A stretch of DNA of 64,000 bases, taken from Escherichia phage skuden. A program made the translations under genes and the position numbers. The notes beneath the pieces were generated by a model, which ran no database searches, was not told the origin of the DNA, and saw only the letters and a program-made list of their open reading frames with translations. Of the stretch, positions 1 to 17,671 are shown piece by piece; within the stretch, counting starts at the first letter, position 1, and each line of letters begins with the position of its first letter. Location of the stretch: the sequence record MN850585.1. One strand, given 5' to 3'.

Positions 1-23
1 TTCACGCAAACGGAAGAAGAAAG

Positions 24-323
24 ATGAATGAAGCTTTTGACCCTTATTCCCCACAAGATGATTGGGAGGCTGATAGAGAGGCTGAAATGGAGAGTTATAT
101 TTGTCCAATGGATGTAGACGAAATGAGAGACTTCGTTGCACATCGTTTTAAGAGAGAGATTAAATCCAGAGGTCTTTCTCAAGAGCAAGTTGCTAAAATT
201 TGTGGTATCTCTCAGGCTCGTGTATCCAACATAATCCACCTCACTGGTAATGTTTCCCTTGAGTATATGTTGGAAGTATGTGAAAAATTTGGTGTTAATT
301 TCAATTTAAGGTTGGCAGATTAA
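24..323 (+). CDS. small DNA-binding protein with C-terminal helix-turn-helix (XRE/Cro-like)
   Basis: 99-aa ORF; motif LSQEQVAKICGISQARVSNI resembles an HTH; acidic N-terminus. Confidence 0.45.
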   Translation: MNEAFDPYSPQDDWEADREAEMESYICPMDVDEMRDFVAHRFKREIKSRGLSQEQVAKICGISQARVSNIIHLTGNVSLEYMLEVCEKFGVNFNLRLAD

Positions 324-324
324 T

Positions 325-684
325 ATGAAACGCGAAAACATTATCCACTCTGAAAACTTCGCATTAGGCTTTTATGGCGTACCAACTCACCTTGAAAAGT
401 ATTATGGTGTGAAGATTCTCTCCAATCTCATTATGGCTTACAAAGATGGTAAGATTAAGCACACTGAGAAGAAACGTGTCATGGGCTATATGGCTGTAGG
501 CTCAGCAATCTCAAACATTAAGCTGGAAACAACTAGCAGTCAGGTTGTGAAAGACCACTTCATCAAAGAGCTTTACCAGAATCTTGATGGTGTAGATGTT
601 CAGGCTGTTTGGTTGGATGTTGATGGCCATAACTACACAAGTTTCGTTTTCAAAAATGATGACATTAAGTGTCTGTTCCCATAA
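325..684 (+). CDS. hypothetical protein
   Basis: 119-aa ORF, start 2 nt after upstream stop, same strand as neighbours. Confidence 0.4.
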   Translation: MKRENIIHSENFALGFYGVPTHLEKYYGVKILSNLIMAYKDGKIKHTEKKRVMGYMAVGSAISNIKLETTSSQVVKDHFIKELYQNLDGVDVQAVWLDVDGHNYTSFVFKNDDIKCLFP

Positions 685-697
685 TAGGTGATTAACT

Positions 698-1213
698 ATG
701 ATTGATATCTACTTACAAGATGCTCATGCAGACTTCCTTAAAGAAATGCTTAAAAAATTTATGGCTTCACAGTATGAGAATGAAGCATCTTTTAAAATAG
801 TTACATGTGGCGATGAAGCTGGTTTTGTTGAGATTGAGCATGAAGGTACTGGAAAGACTGTTTGTAAGCTACCTGATAGTATGTTCTCTAAAACGTTCTT
901 AACAAAGACTAGTATAAATGTTAAACTTGTACCACAGATTGAAACATATTCTGGTACAGATTACCCTAAAGGTTTCAAGTCACTAATGAAGTACTTCTTA
1001 GATGACTTTGTGAGTAATCTTCTGAGGGAGGTAAAAGAAAGTCGTACAGTGTTGACTGTAGAGAACATGGGAGGGACTATCAAGGTCACTTCTGACTGTT
1101 TTGTTATGAGCCTCTTCGACTTCGTTCCTAAGAACTTTGATGGTATTCTGGATGAAGAAGATGACTGTGTAGACTTTATATTGGTTCTTGAGCCAGTTTT
1201 TGAGGTTAAGTAA
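698..1213 (+). CDS. hypothetical protein
   Basis: 171-aa ORF in tightly packed plus-strand operon. Confidence 0.4.
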   Translation: MIDIYLQDAHADFLKEMLKKFMASQYENEASFKIVTCGDEAGFVEIEHEGTGKTVCKLPDSMFSKTFLTKTSINVKLVPQIETYSGTDYPKGFKSLMKYFLDDFVSNLLREVKESRTVLTVENMGGTIKVTSDCFVMSLFDFVPKNFDGILDEEDDCVDFILVLEPVFEVK

Positions 1214-1474
1214 ATGAAAATTGAACACTGCTATGAGTCTGACGGAACACCTATCCGTTGTCCACATTGTGGGTGTACAGACTTACAAGGCGAGGTAAGT
1301 GAAATAGTCAATGGTCATATTGCTGAAGAGAGTACAAGGTGTATAGGGTGTAATGAAATCATTGCTTTCTGGGCTTATGGTTCATACCAACCCTCTCCAC
1401 ATTTTATCTACCATCGTAGTAAAGTTGTGAAGAGTGTCATCAACTGGTTCATTAAGAAAGGGTTTACAAAATGA
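1214..1474 (+). CDS. small Cys-rich protein (possible zinc ribbon)
   Basis: 86-aa ORF with CPHCGC...CIGCNE four-Cys pattern; start overlaps upstream stop. Confidence 0.4.
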   Translation: MKIEHCYESDGTPIRCPHCGCTDLQGEVSEIVNGHIAEESTRCIGCNEIIAFWAYGSYQPSPHFIYHRSKVVKSVINWFIKKGFTK

Positions 1475-2016
1475 TTAAACTAATATTTGCAAGTGGTGAA
1501 AACGGTGAATTTGGTACACCGACTGGTATGCCGTGGCCTCGACATAAACAGGACATGCAAGAGTTTAAGAGACTCACTAAAAATAACTTAGTAGTCATGG
1601 GTAATGAGACTTTTAAGACTCTGGGTAGTAAACCTTTACCAGAACGTGCAAACCTCATCTTAACAAATTCTGTACCATACTTAGGCATAGACTTTGGCAA
1701 AGATGATGTAATGTATGCTAAAGCCAGTAAAGAGTCATTTGGAGCATTTTTGAAGTATCTTGATAGCTCTATTGATGAAGATGTCTTTGTAATTGGTGGT
1801 GCAGGTATCCTTGTCAATGCTTTACCGTATGCTAGTGTGGTGTTCCATACTGTTTTCCATAAAGTTACTGAAGAGGCCACTGTGCATTTACCTTTTGAAA
1901 ACTTCTTTGAGAAGCTGTATGATAACCGTGTGTTTACAAAGGTACAGTCAAAACCATCAGAGGATGGTAAAGCAACTTTTGAAATTTATGTTCCACAAGT
2001 AAAAGGACACTTTTGA
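1471..2016 (+). CDS. frd: dihydrofolate reductase
   Basis: 181 aa; N-terminus MIKLIFASGENGEFGTPTGMPWP...LVVMGNETFKTLG matches DHFR family (from memory of E. coli FolA and T4 Frd); immediately upstream of thymidylate synthase. Confidence 0.8.
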   Translation: MIKLIFASGENGEFGTPTGMPWPRHKQDMQEFKRLTKNNLVVMGNETFKTLGSKPLPERANLILTNSVPYLGIDFGKDDVMYAKASKESFGAFLKYLDSSIDEDVFVIGGAGILVNALPYASVVFHTVFHKVTEEATVHLPFENFFEKLYDNRVFTKVQSKPSEDGKATFEIYVPQVKGHF

Positions 2017-2017
2017 T

Positions 2018-2917
2018 ATGTCACAAGCAGATACAAGTTACAAAAATATCTTGAACCATGTTTTATCCGTTGGTGAACTGCGTACTACACGAACTGGAGA
2101 TGTTATCTCTGCATTTGCTCCACCAAAGTTTCGTTTTGACATGCGTACTGGTTTCCCACTCTTAACATCTAAACAGGTGTTTACACGGCAAGTTATTGGG
2201 GAAGCTTTATGGTTCCTGAACGGCGAGAATAAGCTGGGTGAACTTCGTTACCGTACTTGGGGTGAAAATGACGGAGAACGCTGGACTATCTGGTCAGATG
2301 ATTTTAAACGTTGGTTAAGCTCTAATTATTCTTCTGAACAAGATTGGTTAGAAGATGCAGGTGGAAGAATCTACGGGGTTCAGTGGAGAAACTTTGAAGG
2401 TCATAACGGTTGTGTTGTAGACCAGCTAGAGACCTTAGTAACGAAGATGAAGGGTGATATCACAGACCGTTACATGCTTGTGAATGCTTGGAATGCAGCA
2501 GATATTGCAGCAAACTCAATGGCTCTAGCACCTTGTCATGTTCTGTTTCAGATTTATATCACTAATGAGGGTGAAGTTGACTTACAATGGTATCAGCGTT
2601 CTGTAGACACCTTTTTAGGACTTCCGTTTAACATTGCATCCTATGGTTTTATTCTGGAAGTTCTTTGCAAGATGACTGGATACACTCCACGGTACTTGAT
2701 AGGTGTCTTTGGAGATACTCAGATTTATCAGAATCATATGAAGCAGGTTTATGAACTGATGAACAATGAAGAGTTCCATGCACCAACTTTTGAGATTGGT
2801 CTACAACTTAATACTTTAAGTGACCTGAAACATCTTACTGCAAGTGACTTTATCGGTGGAATTAGTAACTACCAACATGCAGGAAAGATTGAAGCACCTT
2901 TGTCAGTAGGTAAGTAG
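2018..2917 (+). CDS. td: thymidylate synthase (ThyA family)
   Basis: 299 aa; motifs MALAPCH (catalytic Cys), YQRSVDTFLGLPFNIASY, WTIWSDD; pyrimidine hydroxymethylase paralogue cannot be excluded by eye. Confidence 0.8.
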   Translation: MSQADTSYKNILNHVLSVGELRTTRTGDVISAFAPPKFRFDMRTGFPLLTSKQVFTRQVIGEALWFLNGENKLGELRYRTWGENDGERWTIWSDDFKRWLSSNYSSEQDWLEDAGGRIYGVQWRNFEGHNGCVVDQLETLVTKMKGDITDRYMLVNAWNAADIAANSMALAPCHVLFQIYITNEGEVDLQWYQRSVDTFLGLPFNIASYGFILEVLCKMTGYTPRYLIGVFGDTQIYQNHMKQVYELMNNEEFHAPTFEIGLQLNTLSDLKHLTASDFIGGISNYQHAGKIEAPLSVGK

Positions 2918-2921
2918 AAAC

Positions 2922-2950
2922 AAAAAAGGCTCCCGTAAAAAGGAGCCTTA
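2922..2950. terminator. bidirectional hairpin terminator GGCTCC-GTAAAAA-GGAGCC flanked by A/T runs
   Basis: perfect 6-bp GC stem between convergent genes 2018..2917(+) and 2956..3327(-). Confidence 0.6.
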
Positions 2951-2955
2951 AAATT

Positions 2956-3327
2956 TTATTTTTCAGTATTCTTTGTGTTCTTTTCAGTAATAGCTTGGAG
3001 GGCTGATACTGATTGAGCCAGATTGTTAACACTATCAGAGAATTTATCAAGAGTCTTAGTAAGTTTTGCGTTCTCTCCCTTAACATTCTCTAACTGAACT
3101 TTCTGGTTCTCCATCCCTAGCTGAATCAGTCTCATGTCAGACTGTAAATCACGAATAGCTGAATAGTTACTTTTGGAATAATTATCTAGCTGCTGTAACT
3201 TTGTTGTGACAGACACTTCTTGCTTACCACTTGAAACTTGCATGGTGGTATACATCCCAATAACACTAAAAATACCAACAACAATTGCACCAATATTGTT
3301 TTTAAAAGCTTCCTCTAGCCACTTCAT
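2956..3327 (-). CDS. membrane protein with one N-terminal TM helix and long coiled-coil
   Basis: 123 aa; IGAIVVGIFSVIGMYTT hydrophobic segment then heptad-like Q/L/N-rich region; function unknown. Confidence 0.45.
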   Translation of the reverse strand: MKWLEEAFKNNIGAIVVGIFSVIGMYTTMQVSSGKQEVSVTTKLQQLDNYSKSNYSAIRDLQSDMRLIQLGMENQKVQLENVKGENAKLTKTLDKFSDSVNNLAQSVSALQAITEKNTKNTEK

Positions 3328-3522
3328 TTATTTCTCCCCCTTAAAAGCTTTTTCTAAGTTGTCTACGAACTCATCATCGATAGGCGTGTCTGTTTTACTC
3401 GCAAGATATCTTGCAAGCCTAAAGAACACTTTCTCAATCATGTATTCACTCAGAAGGGATAAAATGAGTTTCCAGAAGAAGCTACCTAGATTTTTTAGAA
3501 GAATTGCTAGGATTGTAGGCAT
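3328..3522 (-). CDS. small membrane protein
   Basis: 64 aa; hydrophobic N-terminus MPTILAILLKNLGSFFWKLILSLL; abuts downstream ORF. Confidence 0.4.
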   Translation of the reverse strand: MPTILAILLKNLGSFFWKLILSLLSEYMIEKVFFRLARYLASKTDTPIDDEFVDNLEKAFKGEK

Positions 3523-3601
3523 TTAATCACCTCATCAGCCAAGATGGTGAGAATACCCATAAAGAATATTAACACCATCTTAACAATCAGTCAACAAGGG
3601 A

Positions 3602-5947
3602 TTAAGCAGTTCTCACCCAAGCCATTAACTTGTAGAACTGGTTAGTAACACTAAATGCTGAACCAGAACCTGTACCACCAGTGTTACCACTAACTGTATG
3701 GCTGTGAGCACCAATACCAACACTGTGAGCATGGTTACCAGCAGAAGCGGCAGTACCACTTACAGAGTGGGTGTGAGCACCGTTAGCATCGGTGTAACCC
3801 GGTCCTACACCAATACTACCACCACCACCACCAGAGTAGTGTGTAGAGTTCTGACCAATCCACGAAATGGAATGGTTGTGGTTACCAGCAGATGAAGTAG
3901 AGCCACTTACAGAGTGAGCGTGAGCACCAGTCGTGTTAGTGTTTTTTGTTCCGTAGTCAAAAGATGAAGTGGTAGCAGAAAAACTGTGAGTGTGTGAAGG
4001 CAAGTTCCCAACAGCTAACGTCACAGAGTCTGAACCACCAGTTGTAGCAACATCTGAACCATTTGCTGCTGCAATTCTGATAGTTCTACCAACACCATTG
4101 TTGAGGTACGTCCAAGTTAGACCAGGCAGTGCTGTATTAGGGTTAACATTACTGTTAAACCACGTTACAATACCTACTGGATAGATTTTATTAAGGTCTG
4201 TAGAGTCACTTACTGCCTGTGCAATCTTCTGGTCAGTTTCAGTTTTAGTGTATGCACCAATATCTGAAGGGGTTGGTTTAAATGCCGTTGAATACAACTG
4301 TGCCTCTCCAACATATTCTCCATCTGACCCATAAGCATATGTGAAGACATCAAGACCTTTAGACCCATATGTAAAAGCAATACCTCTGGCATGAGCAATG
4401 CCAGCAGAGTGTGCTACATGGATGGCTAAATCTTTCAGACCCTGCTCAATATCGTTATTTCTTACAAACCCTGAATAATCTTTATTGAATGACGCTGTGT
4501 CCTCCAACCTATTAGTTGTCCTTACCATTAAAGATTGGTTTAGCAGTTTTGTTTTTAAGAAATATCTAGCATCTAAGTTAGACCAATCAGAAGGCTGCAC
4601 TTGACCAGTGATTTTGACAGTTTTATTCAACAAGAAATCATCTTTCATATAAATCGTAGTTGCGGTTCTGTCGTTATGGATAACAAATCTTTCTGGGTTG
4701 GATGGTTCCCCATTCCCAATGTACCACCTTCTAACACCATCAGCATTATGACCAGCAAAGTATAGCTCTCTGTCTTGTGTAGTATTCTTTAGCTGTAACA
4801 ATGAGCCATTCTGATTAATAATCTGTGCAATCCTAAAAGTGTTTACATCACTTAACTTAGCAAGATTGCTCAAAGTTCCTGCTGAGATGTATCTAGAGTC
4901 AATGTTAGTCCAATCTGAAGGTTGAACTTGACCAGTGATTTTCACAGTCTTAGTAGTGGTAATCACATTTGACAAAGAGATAGTTGTACTCGTGGTGTAG
5001 TTATGTAGGTTGACTACAGAATCAGAGTCATCAGTCCCTAAGTAGAACTTGTTTGTCCCATCAGCCTTCTGCCCCAGCAAGTACAGTCCAGTTGCAGCAG
5101 TGGCATTCTTAACGACTAGCACAGCGTTATCTCTGGTGATATTGAACTCTCCTACAAAATTGTTAATACCCCTGAAGGTGTTATTGCCAACTAGCTGCGC
5201 AAATCTCTGATTAGCTGCTGTCTGAGTAAAGTATCTAGCATCTAAGTTAGAGAAGTCAGAAGGTTGAACCTGTCCAGTAATAGCGAGAGCCTTATTAACA
5301 GACACAATTGCACCTAGAGTGATTCTTGAACCTCTGCTGTTTTCGAGATGAACATCAAGACTTCCTCGAGTTAGATTCCCAACAGCCCAAGTTTTATCAT
5401 TATTGGCATTTCGACCTACAATAGCGGAGTATGCCTCACTTGCACCCGCAGGGGTCTTCAGTGTCAACTGCTCACCATTTGCTACGACACTCTGTTTAGC
5501 TTGGAATGAGTTTGTAACAGCAAGTCTTGCATATCTTGCATCATTCTCTTCATTAGTTCTCATCCCAAGTTCATTAGGACTTGGCTTATTAAGAGTATGA
5601 TAAACAGTTGCAGACCTTGAAGCATCTGCAATAGTTAGTTTAAGACCATTTGCATTGATTTTAAAAGCCTTTAAAACATCCCCCATAGTAATCTCAGAAG
5701 AACCTGTAGGGTCAAATACTGCCTTACCACCATAAAGTAACTTGACAATTCCTAAGTCACCCGTCATAGTGCTACCAGCAATCTGGACAAATCTTTCTAG
5801 TTTAAAAGACGCTAAGAAGTCTTGATAGGTCATTCGACGGTCTTCATCACCCAGCATTTCAGGTCTCTTTTTAACCCTGATATGAAGGAGGTCGTCTGAA
5901 CGAATTGTATCAATTGAGTTTAATTCACTCAACTTGTAATCTGCCAT
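3602..5947 (-). CDS. tail fibre protein (long) with His-rich C-terminal HxH repeats
   Basis: 781 aa; three internal repeats VKITGQVQPSD(W/F)(S/T)N(L/I)D(A/S)RY; C-terminus HTHSFSATTSS...GAHAHSVSG...NHNHSI...GAHSHTVSG...MAWVRTA, shared with the next fibre. Confidence 0.7.
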   Translation of the reverse strand: MADYKLSELNSIDTIRSDDLLHIRVKKRPEMLGDEDRRMTYQDFLASFKLERFVQIAGSTMTGDLGIVKLLYGGKAVFDPTGSSEITMGDVLKAFKINANGLKLTIADASRSATVYHTLNKPSPNELGMRTNEENDARYARLAVTNSFQAKQSVVANGEQLTLKTPAGASEAYSAIVGRNANNDKTWAVGNLTRGSLDVHLENSRGSRITLGAIVSVNKALAITGQVQPSDFSNLDARYFTQTAANQRFAQLVGNNTFRGINNFVGEFNITRDNAVLVVKNATAATGLYLLGQKADGTNKFYLGTDDSDSVVNLHNYTTSTTISLSNVITTTKTVKITGQVQPSDWTNIDSRYISAGTLSNLAKLSDVNTFRIAQIINQNGSLLQLKNTTQDRELYFAGHNADGVRRWYIGNGEPSNPERFVIHNDRTATTIYMKDDFLLNKTVKITGQVQPSDWSNLDARYFLKTKLLNQSLMVRTTNRLEDTASFNKDYSGFVRNNDIEQGLKDLAIHVAHSAGIAHARGIAFTYGSKGLDVFTYAYGSDGEYVGEAQLYSTAFKPTPSDIGAYTKTETDQKIAQAVSDSTDLNKIYPVGIVTWFNSNVNPNTALPGLTWTYLNNGVGRTIRIAAANGSDVATTGGSDSVTLAVGNLPSHTHSFSATTSSFDYGTKNTNTTGAHAHSVSGSTSSAGNHNHSISWIGQNSTHYSGGGGGSIGVGPGYTDANGAHTHSVSGTAASAGNHAHSVGIGAHSHTVSGNTGGTGSGSAFSVTNQFYKLMAWVRTA

Positions 5948-5993
5948 TATAAATTTTCCTCTTAAAAGGGGCTATACAGCCCCTGTAAAGAAA

Positions 5994-7142
5994 TTAAGCT
6001 GTTCTCTGCCATACATACAATACGAAGGATGGCTGTTCAACGCTAAATGCTTGACCAGAACCAGTTGTGCCAGTTGTGCCAGAGTGCGAATGCTCACCTG
6101 CTCCGGTTACTGTTACTGTTGCTGAGTGGTTGTGGGAACCAATTGCAACAGAATGGCTGTGAGCACCAATCCCAACTGTGTGATTATGCGCACCAATTGC
6201 TACAGAGTGAGTGTGGTTGTTAGCTGTTGTCAGCGTAGCTCTTGGGTCATAGCTTGCCCCCTCAACTGATAAACCTCTCCAACCACCATCAGCATAACCA
6301 CGATTAATGAATGTTGTTTGTGTTAAACCAGCAGCACTGGTTGTTCTGTTACCATAGTCATAAGTAGATACAGTCTTTGTTCCATAGTCAAACGTTGTAG
6401 TCCCTTTAGTACCGTAGTCAAAAGCACTGATAGAGGCCGTTGCACCGTGTGTGTGACCACCACCAGTGACGTATACTGAGTGAGTGTGTGCAGGAATATT
6501 GTTAACTGTCAGTGCAGTAGTCTGCGAACCAAACGTTGAACCAACTGGCCTAGAAGCACTATCATAACCTACAAGTGCTCTTCCTTTTGAAACTAACTCC
6601 CAAGTACCCCCACAAATTAAATATGTAGAAGGGTTTGCAGGATTCATAGAGAGATGGATAGTACCTACTGGATAAGAAGCCTGAACAGCCTTGTACAAGT
6701 TATTTACTGCTCTTGCTGTAGCATACTTATCTGCATCCTCATTATAAAGGTTAGATGTCACCCAGTTCTGAACATTACTTAACCCAACCTGTGCCTTAGT
6801 GGTGTTGTGTGGGTTGCTCTTATCATCAATATGTTGTTGAATAAGATTATTAACCTCTTCTGAAGACATAATCTGTAGATTTGCTCTTGCCTCAGCTACA
6901 TTAACAATGTCTGATAAGTTATTTTCAGCAACTAACTGGAGAGCATTAATAACGTTATCTAAACCAATTTGTGTCTTAGTAACACCATGAGGGTTATTTC
7001 TTAGGCTTGAGTGTGGAGCAAGTAATTGCTCAAGAGTACATCTCTTATCCTCGATACCCTGTTTAAGATGGAAGATATCACTAAGGTCAATTGGTAAGGC
7101 TGCTTGAGGCAAGGCACTAATTTGAATTTCACCTACTGCCAT
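5994..7142 (-). CDS. tail fibre protein (short) with phage tail-fibre repeats and His-rich C-terminus
   Basis: 382 aa; repeats SNPHGVTKTQIGLDNV / SNPHNTTKAQVGLSNV; C-terminus NNHTHSVAIGAHNHTVGIGAHSHSVAIGSHNHS...YVWQRTA. Confidence 0.7.
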   Translation of the reverse strand: MAVGEIQISALPQAALPIDLSDIFHLKQGIEDKRCTLEQLLAPHSSLRNNPHGVTKTQIGLDNVINALQLVAENNLSDIVNVAEARANLQIMSSEEVNNLIQQHIDDKSNPHNTTKAQVGLSNVQNWVTSNLYNEDADKYATARAVNNLYKAVQASYPVGTIHLSMNPANPSTYLICGGTWELVSKGRALVGYDSASRPVGSTFGSQTTALTVNNIPAHTHSVYVTGGGHTHGATASISAFDYGTKGTTTFDYGTKTVSTYDYGNRTTSAAGLTQTTFINRGYADGGWRGLSVEGASYDPRATLTTANNHTHSVAIGAHNHTVGIGAHSHSVAIGSHNHSATVTVTGAGEHSHSGTTGTTGSGQAFSVEQPSFVLYVWQRTA

Positions 7143-7144
7143 TA

Positions 7145-15142
<7,998 letters not shown>

Positions 15143-15143
<1 letters not shown>

Positions 15144-15382
15144 TACATTTTTCCTGCTCTTCTAAGTTCGTTGTAAGCAATTTCCTCTTTATACGACCTC
15201 TGAATCTCAAGAAATTGTCTCAATGATAATAAATCAGAGAATGTCATAGCAAAGAGTTGGTCAAGTGTTTCTTTACACCCTTCCATACCATAAATAGCAA
15301 GCACAAATTTCATCTCGTCTGCTTCTTCATAGGTTGCCTCTACAGCAGCATCAGTTAGTGGTGTCTGTAGAGTGTTACCCAT
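15143..15382 (-). CDS. tail assembly chaperone (putative)
   Basis: 79-aa ORF between tube and tape measure. Confidence 0.4.
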
Positions 15383-15384
15383 GT

Positions 15385-15783
15385 TTACTGAGAAGTTAGG
15401 CTTTTGAAAATGCTTGCTTCGAAAAAACTTCCGAAGTTTGCCTCCAGCGCAAATGCTAAGTAATCAATAAACTCACCGTAGTTTGCTTGGAAGTACGTAT
15501 CAATATTAAGTGGGAAGTCATCAACAGTTGCCCCTTGAAATAACAGGGTAGCCATTTCTTCAAGGTTAATTTCTTCAATTCTGTCAAAACAAGCTTCAAC
15601 AAGTTCTTTAAATGGAACCATTGGAGCTTCTTTCTTACCCTTGTCAGTCAGACTTGACAGCATCTGTGCAAAGGTTGGAACAACAATTTTACCCAACTTC
15701 ATAGACATCTTAATACCATCTCTTGCCCCAAGCAGAACGATATTTACTTTCTTACCATTAATTACTCTAGATTCTGTTTTCAT
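15385..15783 (-). CDS. tail assembly chaperone (putative)
   Basis: 132-aa ORF between tube and tape measure. Confidence 0.4.
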   Translation of the reverse strand: MKTESRVINGKKVNIVLLGARDGIKMSMKLGKIVVPTFAQMLSSLTDKGKKEAPMVPFKELVEACFDRIEEINLEEMATLLFQGATVDDFPLNIDTYFQANYGEFIDYLAFALEANFGSFFEASIFKSLTSQ

Positions 15784-15812
15784 TGTGATTCCTTAATACT
15801 TTTAAAAGAAAC

Positions 15813-15847
15813 AAAAAAGGGGAAGACCTTTTAAAGTCTCCCCCTTA
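15813..15847 (-). terminator. rho-independent terminator after tail tube gene
   Basis: minus-strand RNA GGGGAGAC-loop-GGTCTTCCCC followed by TTTTTTG. Confidence 0.55.
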
Positions 15848-15856
15848 TAGGATTTA

Positions 15857-16303
15857 TTAAACACTTGACGCTGGAATTGTAGAAGTGTAGTCTAGCTTCT
15901 CACAACCAAAAATCCAAGTTTTAGAGTTCTGGTCACGACCAAGTTCAATCTGCGGTAATTCCTGCAACCAAGCATTAATACCAGTTGCCAGAACAGAGCC
16001 TGATGGGTCGTAGATTACGAAGTTAGAAGAGATATCTTCTTCAAGTTCCATATTGTCTTGTTTAGCTTGAATTGCAGAAAGCATCTGGTTAGAGAGAGAA
16101 GTCTGCATTAACTCAATCTCAATAGTACCTGTCTTGTCTGCATTTCTTGTCAGAGCAACTTGACCACCTGCACCAACAACTGGTGTCACAAGTGGTGATG
16201 TTCTCTGTAGACGCAAGAATGAATCTGGGGCAAAGCCTTCAATGGCAATACCATTCCAGCTACATACAACGTCTTTAGGGGAATATTGCTGATACATAGC
16301 CAT
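15857..16303 (-). CDS. tail tube protein
   Basis: 148 aa, immediately downstream of sheath gene; biased codon usage. Confidence 0.55.
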   Translation of the reverse strand: MAMYQQYSPKDVVCSWNGIAIEGFAPDSFLRLQRTSPLVTPVVGAGGQVALTRNADKTGTIEIELMQTSLSNQMLSAIQAKQDNMELEEDISSNFVIYDPSGSVLATGINAWLQELPQIELGRDQNSKTWIFGCEKLDYTSTIPASSV

Positions 16304-16318
16304 TCCAATTTACCTCTA

Positions 16319-17671
16319 TTATTCGTAAGCCACTGTACCTTTCAAGTCAACATCCAAGATAGCCCCTGCTAAGATACCTGCGAAGGTAACGTCTTTCAGG
16401 ATACGTGCTTTCTTGTCTGCTAAAGCAACTTGAGAGGCTTTAGGAACATTAACTGTGTAAGATGACAGGAAGTTTCTGTTGACTGCTCTTTGCAGAGAGG
16501 TTTCAATGACTTGACGAATACGAGTAATACCAGTATCATCATAAGTAATCTTACCACCCTTCTGGTTAATTAGCAAGTCTCTCAGAGAAGTTTTCAGGTC
16601 TGATTCTAACCAGTCAACACCACGGATGATATCAATCCATTCCCCACCAGAAGTAATCCCTCTACGAACCACTGGAACACCACCATCAAGGTCAATAAAG
16701 TTACAGTGACGTGCATCTAAAGCAGACTTCTGAATACTTGTCAGAGGTCTCTGATTAGATGGTTGTAGAGAAGCTGCTACACCAGTTAGCTGAGCATTAC
16801 CCCAAGCAATCGAACCTGCGTCATATGGAGCACCATAAGCAATGTATGCCATCTCTGGATAATCTTCTGCTGCTGTGTGATGCCACAAGCAAACTGTACG
16901 AGTGTACATATTCTTAGCAAGCTGTGCTGGAACATCATTTGCACTGGCTAATTCTGTGCCTTGCAGTGCTGCTACATCTGAGTTAGCCGTAAAGAAGATT
17001 TTCTTGCGAGCCTGAATCTCAGAAGCCATTGCTAAGACAAACTGTTGAGTTCTGTCTTCTGCTGCAATGAAATACCAGTCAGTAGAATAAGCTTCGATAG
17101 CTGCCAGAGCAGTTGATGCTGTATCGGCAGTTGTACTTGCAATGTATACAGTCTGTGCTGTGGTTGTTACTTTCACAAAGTCATTATCACCAGCTTTGGT
17201 AATAATCATTGTGGCAGAGCCATTGCTACCAGTTACATTCACAGAAACCTTATCTTTGATTGTTGGGTCAGCTTCAATCTGTGTTTTAAACTGTTGCAAC
17301 ACTACCTCAGCAGTGTCTGAGTCTTGTGCTGTGTACTGGTATGGTTGAGAAATTCCACCGCCAGCAGCTACAGTAATTGAGTAGTCTGTACTTTCGGTAA
17401 CGGCATCAGGAATTGATACAGTGTACTGCATAGCACGTCTACCAATATAAAGCTGAGTTACTTTAGGAGTCTGACTCCAAAGTTGTTTAGCAGCCTTATA
17501 TGCAGCAGAGTTTTCATCGAAATCTTCAGCAACTTCAGTTAAGGAAGTGTAACCACGGACTCTTTCTTCAAAGTTATCTGTTGAAGCTAAGAATAGTGGC
17601 AAACCAAAACCTTCTCTTGTAGTTCCTGCGGTGTTCAATGTAATATCTACATTAACAATTGGATTCCACAT
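16319..17671 (-). CDS. contractile tail sheath protein
   Basis: 450 aa, upstream of tube gene, size typical of myovirus sheath. Confidence 0.55.
   Translation of the reverse strand: MWNPIVNVDITLNTAGTTREGFGLPLFLASTDNFEERVRGYTSLTEVAEDFDENSAAYKAAKQLWSQTPKVTQLYIGRRAMQYTVSIPDAVTESTDYSITVAAGGGISQPYQYTAQDSDTAEVVLQQFKTQIEADPTIKDKVSVNVTGSNGSATMIITKAGDNDFVKVTTTAQTVYIASTTADTASTALAAIEAYSTDWYFIAAEDRTQQFVLAMASEIQARKKIFFTANSDVAALQGTELASANDVPAQLAKNMYTRTVCLWHHTAAEDYPEMAYIAYGAPYDAGSIAWGNAQLTGVAASLQPSNQRPLTSIQKSALDARHCNFIDLDGGVPVVRRGITSGGEWIDIIRGVDWLESDLKTSLRDLLINQKGGKITYDDTGITRIRQVIETSLQRAVNRNFLSSYTVNVPKASQVALADKKARILKDVTFAGILAGAILDVDLKGTVAYE

Noticed and set aside
1464-1880. 138-aa minus-strand ORF (and 998..1267 minus, 1793..2002 plus)
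   Set aside because: Overlap the well-supported DHFR and upstream plus-strand genes on the opposite strand or in an alternative frame; no independent support.
2956-3327. i-spanin assignment for the TM/coiled-coil protein next to the tail fibres
   Set aside because: No overlapping or adjacent lipoprotein partner, and a better spanin pair exists at 51930..52440; left as membrane protein of unknown role.
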